DNA of 64,000 nucleotides from an uncultured Clostridia bacterium (GCA_944383015.1 CALWOC010000002.1:262383-326382); one strand, 5' to 3'. Numbered from the stretch's first letter, positions 20,055 through 29,940 are shown. The notes: generated from the letters alone by a model not told the origin. Program-made: numbers and translations.

Positions 20055-21146
20055 GTGATAAGTATGTATTGTGAAAAATGTGGAAATAAACTAGATGATG
20101 ATAGTAAATTCTGTGATAAATGTGGAACTGTTATAGAAACTACTGATAATATAAAGAAAAGTAAAGACAATGTTTTTAAAAAATTTATATTACCTTTAAT
20201 TTTAGTTACATTATTTATTATATTAATTTTTATAGGAGCAAATTTAATTTTAAATAAACATAATGAAAAATCAGAAGAATATAAACAAGAAATTAATGAA
20301 GAACTTGATAAAAAAGTTATAGCTACATATAATGGTGGAAAACTTACAGATGAAGAGTTTGAAATATATTATAAAATGTTTATAGATTATTTAAGAGATA
20401 AAAAATATAATGAAAGTGAAATACCAAAAATAGTAGTAAATAAAGCAATTATAGATAAATTAGTTTTAACTGAATCACACAAAAACAACATAAAAATCAC
20501 ACAAGAACAAGAAAAAGAACTAAATGAAACTTTTGAAAGTGAAGATTTTAAGAATTTGTGTGTTAATAATAACATTGATAATGAAAAATTAAAAGAACTA
20601 TATAGAAATGATTACATTATAACTAATTATATTGAAGAACAAGCTAAGAATTTGAGCGATAGTGAAGTTATAACATATTTAAAAAATAAGTATGGTAATG
20701 ATGTAGACTTATACCAATATACTACTCAAACAATAATGTTTTTAAATAATTCTGAATTTACAGCAGAGCAGAATGCTATATCAATGCTTAACTATATAAA
20801 ACAAGGAGCAGATTTTACAGAGATGGCTAAATTATATTCAGAAGATGAAGGAACAAGAGATAATGGTGGAATATATATATGTTATGATGATGAAAACACA
20901 GATGAAAATTATTTTAATGCTATAAAACTATTAACTCCAGGAGATGTGAATAAAGAAGTAGTTACAACTGGTAATGGTTATGCAGTAGTTAAGTTAGTAT
21001 CAAAAGTAGAAAATGGTAGAGCAAAAAATGAACTAGATAGGAAAAATATTATAAATGAAAGATTAGATAAATTATCTAGTGAATCTAATATAGTTATAAA
21101 TGATGAGGCACTAAATCAAGTAGTACAAGAATTAGATAATAAATAA
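20055..21146 (+). CDS. membrane protein: N-terminal zinc ribbon, one TM helix, C-terminal parvulin-type PPIase domain
   Basis: CEKCGNKLDDDSKFCDKCG; TM LPLILVTLFIILIFIGANLIL; parvulin-like ISMLNYIKQGADFTEMAKLYSEDEGTRDNGG...GNGYAVVKLV. Confidence 0.5.
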   Translation: MISMYCEKCGNKLDDDSKFCDKCGTVIETTDNIKKSKDNVFKKFILPLILVTLFIILIFIGANLILNKHNEKSEEYKQEINEELDKKVIATYNGGKLTDEEFEIYYKMFIDYLRDKKYNESEIPKIVVNKAIIDKLVLTESHKNNIKITQEQEKELNETFESEDFKNLCVNNNIDNEKLKELYRNDYIITNYIEEQAKNLSDSEVITYLKNKYGNDVDLYQYTTQTIMFLNNSEFTAEQNAISMLNYIKQGADFTEMAKLYSEDEGTRDNGGIYICYDDENTDENYFNAIKLLTPGDVNKEVVTTGNGYAVVKLVSKVENGRAKNELDRKNIINERLDKLSSESNIVINDEALNQVVQELDNK

Positions 21147-21160
21147 TATGAGGTGATTTT

Positions 21161-21634
21161 ATGTATTGTAAAAATTGTGGAAAAGAAATTAGTGAAGATA
21201 ACGTAGTGTGCAAATATTGTGGAAAAGATTTAAAAAGTAAAAATGTTAATGAAGAAACTATAAGTAAAAAGAAAAAATCAAATACTTTGGAAATGGTATT
21301 ATCTTTAATAACTATATTTGTAGGGATTTTTATAGCAGTATGTGTACAATCTTTTTACATATTCATATTTGCATTTATGGTGGTAATAATGGGGTTTGCA
21401 AGTATGACAATAGGAGATGCTAAAGGTATAAATGCAGGTTTTTATTGGGGTTGGCTATTTGGAATAATAGGGTTAATTGTAGTGTGTGGTCTACCAAATA
21501 GATTAGAAAATAAAAATATTGTTGTTAATATAAGTAAGTATGATGAATTAGAAAAATTACAATCATTAAAAGTAAAGGGAATATTAACTCAACAAGAATA
21601 TGAATTAGAAAAGCAAAAAATATTAGAGAACTAA
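21161..21634 (+). CDS. membrane protein: N-terminal zinc ribbon, TM helices, C-terminal SHOCT domain
   Basis: CKNCGKEISEDNVVCKYCG; hydrophobic core; C-terminal LEKLQSLKVKGILTQQEYELEKQKIL SHOCT-like. Confidence 0.5.
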   Translation: MYCKNCGKEISEDNVVCKYCGKDLKSKNVNEETISKKKKSNTLEMVLSLITIFVGIFIAVCVQSFYIFIFAFMVVIMGFASMTIGDAKGINAGFYWGWLFGIIGLIVVCGLPNRLENKNIVVNISKYDELEKLQSLKVKGILTQQEYELEKQKILEN

Positions 21635-21647
21635 AAAATATAATAAG

Positions 21648-21681
21648 TGAGAGTAATACTATGTGTACTACTCTCATTTTT
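21648..21681. terminator. terminator between convergent SHOCT gene and small recombinase gene
   Basis: tgagagta-loop-tactctca hairpin followed by T-run. Confidence 0.55.
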
Positions 21682-21759
21682 TGACTAATTTGTCTAAAAG
21701 TGATATTCATATTTGTATTTTAAGACACTTTTATTATTAAGATATAAAATTATATTAAC

Positions 21760-22329
21760 TTATAAGCAAAAGTCATCATACATATTGTTGATTTCATCTT
21801 GTGATATACCTATATATCGAAGTGTGATACTAGGGCTACTATGATTAAATATTGTTTGCAACATAGCAACATCAGCATATTTTTTATAGTTGTGGAAACC
21901 GAATGTCTTTCTCATAGTGTGAGTTCCTATACTATCAGTGATACCAACCATTTTTGCTGCATCATTAAGAAATCTATATACTTGTGTGCGCGTAAGAGAT
22001 TGATTAGCTCCTTTCCTACTTTTAAAAATATACTCATATTGTTGCATTTGTTTAGTGTAATCTTCTAGTTCTTTTTTTAATTCGACATTAAATCTAAATG
22101 TCTTCTTTTTATTTGTTTTCTTTTCTATAATTGTAATGTCATCTCGCATAGTACCATTTTCATATCTAATATCACTTACTTTAAGCTTTATAATATCTGA
22201 TACCCTTATACCAATATTTATACCTACTTTGAAAATAAGATAATTTCTTTTGCCTTTTCCTTGTTCTAATAATACTTTTTTCATTTCTTCGATTTTGTTC
22301 AAATCTCTAATTGGTTCTACTAAATTCAT
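21760..22329 (-). CDS. small (189 aa) tyrosine recombinase lacking an arm-binding domain (FimB/FimE- or Xer-like size class)
   Basis: Catalytic R...HxxR...Y (GTHTMRKTFGFH ... LRYIGIS); the last 4 codons overlap repeat R3. Confidence 0.7.
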   Translation of the reverse strand: MNLVEPIRDLNKIEEMKKVLLEQGKGKRNYLIFKVGINIGIRVSDIIKLKVSDIRYENGTMRDDITIIEKKTNKKKTFRFNVELKKELEDYTKQMQQYEYIFKSRKGANQSLTRTQVYRFLNDAAKMVGITDSIGTHTMRKTFGFHNYKKYADVAMLQTIFNHSSPSITLRYIGISQDEINNMYDDFCL

Positions 22330-22582
22330 ACTACATACATCTCCTTAAATTTTTATACATTATAATACATTGAATGTAATTCGTACATATTTTTTATTAC
22401 ATTTACTAAAAGTTATTTTTATAAAATGCTTTCTAAGTATTGAAATATAAACAAATAACACATTTTCTTTGAATAAATCAGAATTTCTAATTTGATACAT
22501 TGGCGCTTATTTTTTTATAAAAAAATTATTGAATAGCTATAATATGTGATATGGTACAAAAAATAGGAATAGCTTATATAAA

Positions 22583-23752
22583 CTATTCCTTTTCCCATAA
22601 ATTTTTTAAATAATCAACACTATAATTATATTTTTGTTTTTTTGCTTTTATCTCCACACACATTTTTTTAAATTTCTTAATATCATTAGAATCTTTATTT
22701 GTTTTATTTATACTATTATATACAGATTTAAAATAGTATTTTACAGGTTCGTATTTATCTTTATTATTTTTCATACCTTTTTGCATACTTTCCAAAGTTC
22801 TATTATATAAGTTTTGTAGTTCATCTTGCTTAGTCTTTTGATAATTGACTTTTTTTCCACAAATGGTACTACAAGTTTTTTTCTTTTTGTCATTAGAAAT
22901 AAAATAATTATCACAAAATTCACATCTTTTTACTTGTGTTTTGTTTAAAATCATTTGTTCAATTTCAAAAATGCCTAGTTCTTTTATAGTTTTAAAATAT
23001 TTATTATAACTAATAGATACATTAGAGCTTTTTATTCTGTTTAGTAATTGCCTATCTGAAAGTCCAATAAAATTATCTTTTTCTTTAAAAACAAAAGTAT
23101 TATCAGAAACATTAATTTTATTATTTATAAATATCATATCCAGTAATTCTTGCTCAGTCATATATGTTAATATAATATGTAAGTTACTTAAATCATTTTT
23201 ACATTGGAAGTAAGCTAGCCTTTTGTTTAATGATAAATCATTTAGATTTGTGTTATTGACATCAAGTATATAATAAACTGCTTTCTTCAATGTTTTTTGA
23301 CAAGCTATTAAATATTCTATCAGATATTTACCATAGCTAGAAATTACGTTTTTAATCGCCTCGTTCATATTAGGACTAGTATTAGTAATTGTTTTGTTAA
23401 ACTCATCTATATCATGTTCTCTAACTTTCCTTAAATTTTCTTCTAGTTCATTAATATGCAAATCAACATATTTGCAACTACTCTTTATTGTTCTTATAAA
23501 CTTAACATATTTGCATAAGTAACTATATGCATCTAAACAGTTAGGATAACCAGTAATATCACTATTTGCATAATCAATATTATAAAATTTTATTTTATTT
23601 TTTGAAACAAATTTTGCAGTAACTTCTTCGACTTTTGTAATATAGTCTGTTAAATCTGCATTTAAAAAATCAATAAGTGCTGTACCATATTTCACTTTGC
23701 TTATAATTAAATCATTTGTATAGGTTTTGTTATCTATTATATTTATATACAT
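22583..23752 (-). CDS. hypothetical protein with C-terminal Cys4 zinc-ribbon (CEFC...CSTIC)
   Basis: ORF; terminator hairpin overlaps the stop codon; separate transcription unit upstream of the small recombinase. Confidence 0.45.
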   Translation of the reverse strand: MYINIIDNKTYTNDLIISKVKYGTALIDFLNADLTDYITKVEEVTAKFVSKNKIKFYNIDYANSDITGYPNCLDAYSYLCKYVKFIRTIKSSCKYVDLHINELEENLRKVREHDIDEFNKTITNTSPNMNEAIKNVISSYGKYLIEYLIACQKTLKKAVYYILDVNNTNLNDLSLNKRLAYFQCKNDLSNLHIILTYMTEQELLDMIFINNKINVSDNTFVFKEKDNFIGLSDRQLLNRIKSSNVSISYNKYFKTIKELGIFEIEQMILNKTQVKRCEFCDNYFISNDKKKKTCSTICGKKVNYQKTKQDELQNLYNRTLESMQKGMKNNKDKYEPVKYYFKSVYNSINKTNKDSNDIKKFKKMCVEIKAKKQKYNYSVDYLKNLWEKE

Positions 23753-24013
23753 CTTTTTTCCTCCTAAATTGCGTAGTAAAAAAATTCACTTTTTTCAATA
23801 TTTTTTACTACTCCTACACTTTAACAAATTCCAAGAAAATGCGTTGACATCAAGGTTTTTATCGTTTATAATTGTTTTATCACGTGATAATGCGTAGTAA
23901 AAATATAAAAATATTATACTACGAAATAATAAAAGTTACAATAGCATTTAAGCTACTTGTAAAATTGTACATTGAAAAGCGCATATTGTAACAAAATGAA
24001 AGGAGTGATAGGC

Positions 24014-24568
24014 ATGTATAAGCCTATAATTGAAAAGTTTCAGCAGATAAAAGGTGAAGCAGTACAAAAAAATCAAGATGTATTATTATTAGTAAAAACC
24101 GATGAGGGGTACGCAAGAATTACTGAAAATATTGCAGTATTCTTAGAGAAAAAAGACATGGGTCCTAACGAACTTCCAAGAATAAAATTGAAGTTCGCTA
24201 ATGGGCAAATAGTCATAGTCTATGGATATAGTGATGACACTATAACTCCAGGTACTATTGTTAGTTCCTTAGGCTACTTCACAAAGAATTGTGATGTACT
24301 CCAATATTCTAATAGGTGTGGTATGACAAGAGTCTATAACACGGCTAAAGAAATTGGAAGAGTTAAAGTAGAGTATCCATACAGACTAGGTTTTTGGGAA
24401 CTTACAACTCCACAAGAATCAACCCTATATCAACCCTCAACTGAGTTTAAACAACTTGAAGATAATATCTACTATTTTATAGGAGATGTTTCAACACTTC
24501 AAGAAGTACCAAAACTTGAAGAGGGAGAAATTGATGTTACTAACTGTGGCGACTACTTTTATGCTTAA
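24014..24568 (+). CDS. hypothetical protein
   Basis: RBS aaaggag 8 nt upstream of the ATG at 24014. Confidence 0.4.
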   Translation: MYKPIIEKFQQIKGEAVQKNQDVLLLVKTDEGYARITENIAVFLEKKDMGPNELPRIKLKFANGQIVIVYGYSDDTITPGTIVSSLGYFTKNCDVLQYSNRCGMTRVYNTAKEIGRVKVEYPYRLGFWELTTPQESTLYQPSTEFKQLEDNIYYFIGDVSTLQEVPKLEEGEIDVTNCGDYFYA

Positions 24569-24647
24569 TAGTAACAAGGTCATATTAAAGGAAAATATAT
24601 TAAAGCTATGTTTTCCTTTAGTATATAAATGTAAGGAGGAATTTAAA

Positions 24648-25544
24648 ATGGAAAATGATAATATGTTGTTAGAACATAAGCAAAATGAGATACTTGAAGA
24701 TATAAGAAAACTTGTGAAAAAATATAAGTCAGAACTTAAACATATAGATTTTAATATAAACAGTATTGAAAATTTGTATGATACTTTTAATAATAAACTG
24801 TTTAATCTAGTATATGAGAAAATATATAATGGAGAGAATTTTGACTATGTTAGAGATAATTATAAATATCGTATTTATAATCAAGAAAGTATTTTAAAGT
24901 CAATGCCAAATGATATTAAGACTAATGTATCTAAATCTATTATAGATGAAATATTAAGATTTTATAATAGAATAATAGATTCGTATTACTGTGTTAATAC
25001 TACTAAATACTTAAATGAAATAAATTATGCTATTTTTAATACAGAAGAGGAATATTATAATAAAGATTATAAATTTTATAGTCCATTTTTCAGAGATTTT
25101 GCTATTGAAACTTTAATTTGTAGATTAGGAAGTTTAGGCAATATATCTGATTATGAACCTATTTATAAACTAAACTCAAACGATAAAACGTTTATATGTA
25201 AAATTTTAAATGATAGGCAGATTATGGCAAGCCTAATAATAGAGGACAACGTACATCTTTACTGTATTTTTTTAGATAGTATTGTATGTATAGGATGTAT
25301 GAAATGTAAATCTATGACTGAAGATGAGTTTCTTAATGGATTACCAAACCTTGTAGATGAATTTCAAAAACATAGTTGTTTTGACCATATTGAAATATTA
25401 GATGCTATAAGAAGTTATTATTATTATATTTTTGATAGTAAGGCAGATATAAATATAAATAGTCAAACTCTACTATCATTATTAGATTCAATTAATATAA
25501 CTAATTACTTATTAAGATATGCTTTTAGTGTATATGATGAGTAA
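24648..25544 (+). CDS. hypothetical Cys-rich protein
   Basis: RBS aaggagg before the ATG at 24648 (the ORF-track start at 24486 overlaps the previous gene). Confidence 0.4.
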   Translation: MENDNMLLEHKQNEILEDIRKLVKKYKSELKHIDFNINSIENLYDTFNNKLFNLVYEKIYNGENFDYVRDNYKYRIYNQESILKSMPNDIKTNVSKSIIDEILRFYNRIIDSYYCVNTTKYLNEINYAIFNTEEEYYNKDYKFYSPFFRDFAIETLICRLGSLGNISDYEPIYKLNSNDKTFICKILNDRQIMASLIIEDNVHLYCIFLDSIVCIGCMKCKSMTEDEFLNGLPNLVDEFQKHSCFDHIEILDAIRSYYYYIFDSKADININSQTLLSLLDSINITNYLLRYAFSVYDE

Positions 25545-25746
25545 AATAGCTTAAAAAATGTGTACAAACTGATGTTTGTTTTATATAATAAAAAATAGAA
25601 AGAATTTTATAGATTAGGCCCCTAAAAAATTCTTTCAACTCAAAAAAATTATGGAAATGCATTTGTTTTTACATTTCTATTATATTATATGATAAGAATT
25701 GCGAAAAATCAAGTGTATTTCCTTTTTAATAAAAGGAGGTAGAAAA

Positions 25747-28521
25747 GTGAGTATTGATGAACTAAAAATTGTTCTAAGTAACAAAGAAGTTGTAGAACAC
25801 TATTTAGGACCAGGCGTAGTTAGCGGAAACAATATAAAGTACAGCAGTCCTTTCAGAGATGGAGATTCAGAACCATCTCTTAGCGTATCAGATGAGCATA
25901 TAAAAGATTTTGGTGGCGATTTTTCTGGAGACTTTATAAATTTTGTTGCAAGATATAAAAATGTTTCTGAAAAACAAGCTATTGATATTATTAAAAAAGA
26001 TTTTCAAATAGATGATAATGTTACATATAGTAAATCAATATCTAAAAGAAAGTCAAATCAAAATAATTCAGAATCTAAGAATGCTATTAATGTACGTTTA
26101 GCAGAAAAAACAAGCACAATAGCGTGTATGTTTGATGAAGTTGAATTTTCTGAAAAGCCAAAAGGTTATGAAGTCGGAGGTATAAAAAATAGGATTAATG
26201 AAAATCAGTTTAAGGGCTACACATTAGAAGAAATAAAACAAAATATTGTTTTAGGAAAAACAACTATACCAGCAGGCATTAAAGGTAATGCTAAAGAAAA
26301 TTTTAAAGGACAACAACTATATATGATAGATATAGATAATGCTATTGAAGAAAATGGAAAGAAAGTAAATTTTACTATTGATGATGAAAGACATATCACA
26401 ATAGAGAAGATTATTGAGCATTGCAAACAAATAAATCTATTACCTACATTTGCATATTATAGTTTCAGTCATAGCGAAAAACAACATAAGATGAGGTTAG
26501 TATATATATTAAATGAAGTGATAACAGATTATGAAATAGCGAAAGGCTTTATTAATTATTTATTAGACAAGCTAAGTATATTCTATCCTGATTCTAAACC
26601 AACAAATTTGGCAAGTATGTTTTTTGGTGGTAAATCAATAGCTTATGAAAGTGATATTTTTTATAAGTTAGATATAGTAAAAGTAAAAGAAAAAGAAGTT
26701 AAAAGGAAAGCTAATTCTAATATTCCTAATGATTATCAAAAGGACATTGAATTATTAGAAAATAGCAATTATGTTTTTGCAGAATATGGCATATATGAAA
26801 AGAAAGAGAAAATATCTAATTTTGTACCAATTATAACAAAAGAGATTATATATGATAATGGAAATGGAGAGAAGTCAGCAGTATATAAAATTAAAGCAGT
26901 TTTGAGTAATGGGGATATATTAAATGAAGTGGAAGTAAAAATTGAAGATTTTACATCTATGAAGTGGCTGATAAATGAAACTTGGAAGATGCTACCAATA
27001 GTAAATGCAGGAGTAAGTAATAAGGATAAACTTCGTGAAGTTACACAAATAGTATCTAAAAATATGCAGAAAGAAGTTGTATATACACATACTGGTTTTA
27101 TAAAACAAAATGATAAGTATGTATATTTGTACAACAATGGTAATATTGGTGGAGATGATACTATAAAAGTTAATCTTGATGATAGTTTAGTTAGATATGA
27201 ATTTACAAATCAAGAATATGATTTGAAAGAGTGTCTACAACTAGTATATAGCATTTTAGATATAGCAGATAAAAAGATAACTTTACCATTAGTTGCTTTT
27301 ACATATCTAGCTCCTTTGGTATCACTTTTAGATGAATTAGGAATTGTACCAGATTTTTTAATGGCAGTTGTAGGAGTAAGTGGTAGTAGAAAGAGTTCAT
27401 TATCAGCTTTATTAAATTGTCATTATGGTAGATTTGATAAAGACAGTTTTGTATGTAGTTGTAAAGATACTATAAATAGTATTGAGCTTAGAAGTAATTT
27501 ATTAGCAGATACTTTGGTGGTATTAGATGATTACTATCCTAGTACGGAAACAAATGAAGCTAAAAAGATGAAAAACACTCTTGAAAAAGTTATAGCTATA
27601 TACGGAGATCGTTCAGCTAGAGGTAGATTAAATGTAGATGTTACTTTAAGGAAAGCATATAAAGCTAAGGGCTTGTGTTTAGTAACTGGCGAGTCTTTTC
27701 CAGATGTTTCAGAAAGCAGATTAGCAAGATGTTTTATTATTGACTTAAAAAAGGATAGTATAGATTTAGATAAACTAACTATACTTCAAAGAAATAAAGA
27801 TAAATTATCTTATGCAATGAAACAATATATTAAAGTTCTAATAGCAAACATTGAGAAGATTAAAAATAATGCTAAAGATAAATTTGAAAAATATAGAAAT
27901 AATATTACAAATAATTTATTGCATGGAAGAACGGCCGAAATAATATGTTTCTTACAAATATCTTTTGAATTATTTATTAACTTTCTAATATCTTATGAAA
28001 TAATAAGAGAACAAGACAAAGAGAAACTGCTTAAAGAAAGTTGGGATATTTTAAATTTTGTAGCAAATGAACAAACTTTAAAAATACAAGATAATAAACC
28101 TATAAGTATGTTTTTTAATGCTATAAGTCAACTTGAAAATACCGGAAAAATATATATAGTTAGAAACTGGCAAGAGTCTTATTTAACAGATAATAAAAAT
28201 AAAACTCTTATAGGTTTTGTAGATGAAACAAAAGATGAGTACAATAACTATTATTATTTTTTCCCAGAAACTGTACTAAATGAAGTATCTAAGTTTTATT
28301 CACAACAAGGTATAAAATTTCCTATAAATAAAACCGGACTTCAAAAACATTTAGCAGATGAGGGATATTTGAAAACTGGTAGTGATAGAGCAACTATTAG
28401 AAAGAAAATGCCAGGTCCTACTTCAAGAGATAAAACAGAAATAGTATGGGCAGTAAAAAAAGATAAAGTTCCATATTTAGAATTACAACCTTATGGAACT
28501 AATCCACCTAATTGTGATTAA
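25747..28521 (+). CDS. primase-helicase-like replication protein (degenerate CHC2-like N-terminus, AEP/prim-pol DIDN motif, P-loop region)
   Basis: GTG start after RBS aaaggagg; N-terminus resembles a DnaG zinc finger with the Cys residues replaced; LYMIDIDNA acidic motif; GVSGSRKSS P-loop-like with LVVLDDYY Walker-B-like. Confidence 0.45.
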   Translation: MSIDELKIVLSNKEVVEHYLGPGVVSGNNIKYSSPFRDGDSEPSLSVSDEHIKDFGGDFSGDFINFVARYKNVSEKQAIDIIKKDFQIDDNVTYSKSISKRKSNQNNSESKNAINVRLAEKTSTIACMFDEVEFSEKPKGYEVGGIKNRINENQFKGYTLEEIKQNIVLGKTTIPAGIKGNAKENFKGQQLYMIDIDNAIEENGKKVNFTIDDERHITIEKIIEHCKQINLLPTFAYYSFSHSEKQHKMRLVYILNEVITDYEIAKGFINYLLDKLSIFYPDSKPTNLASMFFGGKSIAYESDIFYKLDIVKVKEKEVKRKANSNIPNDYQKDIELLENSNYVFAEYGIYEKKEKISNFVPIITKEIIYDNGNGEKSAVYKIKAVLSNGDILNEVEVKIEDFTSMKWLINETWKMLPIVNAGVSNKDKLREVTQIVSKNMQKEVVYTHTGFIKQNDKYVYLYNNGNIGGDDTIKVNLDDSLVRYEFTNQEYDLKECLQLVYSILDIADKKITLPLVAFTYLAPLVSLLDELGIVPDFLMAVVGVSGSRKSSLSALLNCHYGRFDKDSFVCSCKDTINSIELRSNLLADTLVVLDDYYPSTETNEAKKMKNTLEKVIAIYGDRSARGRLNVDVTLRKAYKAKGLCLVTGESFPDVSESRLARCFIIDLKKDSIDLDKLTILQRNKDKLSYAMKQYIKVLIANIEKIKNNAKDKFEKYRNNITNNLLHGRTAEIICFLQISFELFINFLISYEIIREQDKEKLLKESWDILNFVANEQTLKIQDNKPISMFFNAISQLENTGKIYIVRNWQESYLTDNKNKTLIGFVDETKDEYNNYYYFFPETVLNEVSKFYSQQGIKFPINKTGLQKHLADEGYLKTGSDRATIRKKMPGPTSRDKTEIVWAVKKDKVPYLELQPYGTNPPNCD

Positions 28522-28674
28522 TGTACATTTTATTTGTACATTGATACAAATGTATGTAATACAACAAATGTTTATATATCAACCATTTGAAGATATATGT
28601 ACAAAATGTACAAAAATAAATTAGATATATATACAATATATAAATAATAAAAAAAAAAAGAAAGGAATGTTTTT

Positions 28675-28866
28675 ATGAAAAATAATATTAGTATAAAAGA
28701 AGCAGCTGAAAAAATGGGAAAATCAAAAGAATTTGTTAGAATTGGACTACAAAGAAATCTCTTACCTTTTGGTATGGCACAGAAAATGAGTTCAAGATAC
28801 ACATATTATATATCTCCTATAAAGTTTTATGAATATATTGGTAAACTTGAAAGGAGTCAACAATAA
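28675..28866 (+). CDS. excisionase (Xis)-like small HTH protein
   Basis: 63 aa, ISIKEAAEKMGKSKEFVRIGLQRNLLPF HTH; immediately upstream of int and overlapping it (ATGA). Confidence 0.55.
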   Translation: MKNNISIKEAAEKMGKSKEFVRIGLQRNLLPFGMAQKMSSRYTYYISPIKFYEYIGKLERSQQ

Positions 28867-29921
28867 TGAGATTACCTAATGGTTATGGATCTGTAATTCA
28901 TAATAAAAATAAGAATAGAAGAAATCCTTATCAAGTTAGAATTACAAAAGGTTGGACTGATGATGGTAAGCAAATATATTCAACATTAGGCTTCTATAAA
29001 GATAAAAAAACAGCTTTGGAAGCCTTAGCTGAATATAATTCTAATCCATATGATATTGAAACAAATAAAATAACATTTGAAGATGTATATAAAAAATGGT
29101 CAAAGGAACATTTTCCAAAAGTAAGTGATAGCTCTATTGAAAGATATGGAAATGCTTATAGAAAATATTGTAAATCTTTATATAATATGAGATTTAAAGA
29201 TATTAGATTAACACATTTACAAGGTGTTATTGATAACTGTGGAATGGCACACCCTACTAGAGCTTCAATAAAAACTTTATTTAATGTATTATTTAAGTTT
29301 GCTATGAAAAATGATATTATTGATAAAGACTACTCAAAATATGTAGATGTAGGACAAAGAGAGGGAAAAATAAATAGAACTCCTTTTAGCAAAGAAGAAA
29401 TAAAAAAGCTTTTTGAAAATGTTGATAAATTAGATTTTATAGATACTATATTAATTATGATTTATACTGGTCTAAGAGTCGGAGAATTGCTAGATTTAAA
29501 AATAAAAAATATACACTTAAAAGAGAGATATATGATTGGTGGGTTTAAAACTAAAGCTGGTACTGATAGAATTATACCAATAAATAGAAAAATAGAGCCA
29601 TTTATAAAAAAATATTATGAAAAAAATAAAGATAAAGAATTTCTTATTACAAACTTTAAAGGTAATCAAATGAATTATTCAAATTATAGAAGAGAAAAAT
29701 TTGATAATATTATGGAAAAACTAAGAATGAAACATAATCCACATGACTGCCGCCATACTTTTGCTGGGCTTATGGATAGTGCAGGTGGTGCTGGTGCTGG
29801 TGCTAGTGCTAATAAGCTGTGTATCAAAAGAATAATGGGGCACGCTTCACAAGATATTACTGATGATATATATACACATAAAACTTTGGAAGAATTAATA
29901 GAAGCAATTGATTTAATTTAA
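28866..29921 (+). CDS. int: tyrosine integrase with N-terminal AP2-like arm-DNA-binding domain
   Basis: N-terminus LPNGYGSVIHNKNKNRRNPYQVRITKG (arm-binding domain); C-terminal catalytic RHTFAG...LMGHAS...IYTH; adjacent to attR. Confidence 0.85.
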   Translation: MRLPNGYGSVIHNKNKNRRNPYQVRITKGWTDDGKQIYSTLGFYKDKKTALEALAEYNSNPYDIETNKITFEDVYKKWSKEHFPKVSDSSIERYGNAYRKYCKSLYNMRFKDIRLTHLQGVIDNCGMAHPTRASIKTLFNVLFKFAMKNDIIDKDYSKYVDVGQREGKINRTPFSKEEIKKLFENVDKLDFIDTILIMIYTGLRVGELLDLKIKNIHLKERYMIGGFKTKAGTDRIIPINRKIEPFIKKYYEKNKDKEFLITNFKGNQMNYSNYRREKFDNIMEKLRMKHNPHDCRHTFAGLMDSAGGAGAGASANKLCIKRIMGHASQDITDDIYTHKTLEELIEAIDLI

Positions 29922-29940
29922 AAAGTAAATTAACATAAAG

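Noticed and set aside
22330-22582. Possible invertible promoter (fim-switch-like) upstream of the small tyrosine recombinase
   Set aside because: Only short AT-rich inverted matches were found (tatttttt / aaaaaata). These are not distinguishable from background in ~80% AT DNA.
26217-27137. Minus-strand ORFs inside the primase-helicase-like gene
   Set aside because: Antisense shadow ORFs within a long, coherent plus-strand coding region.
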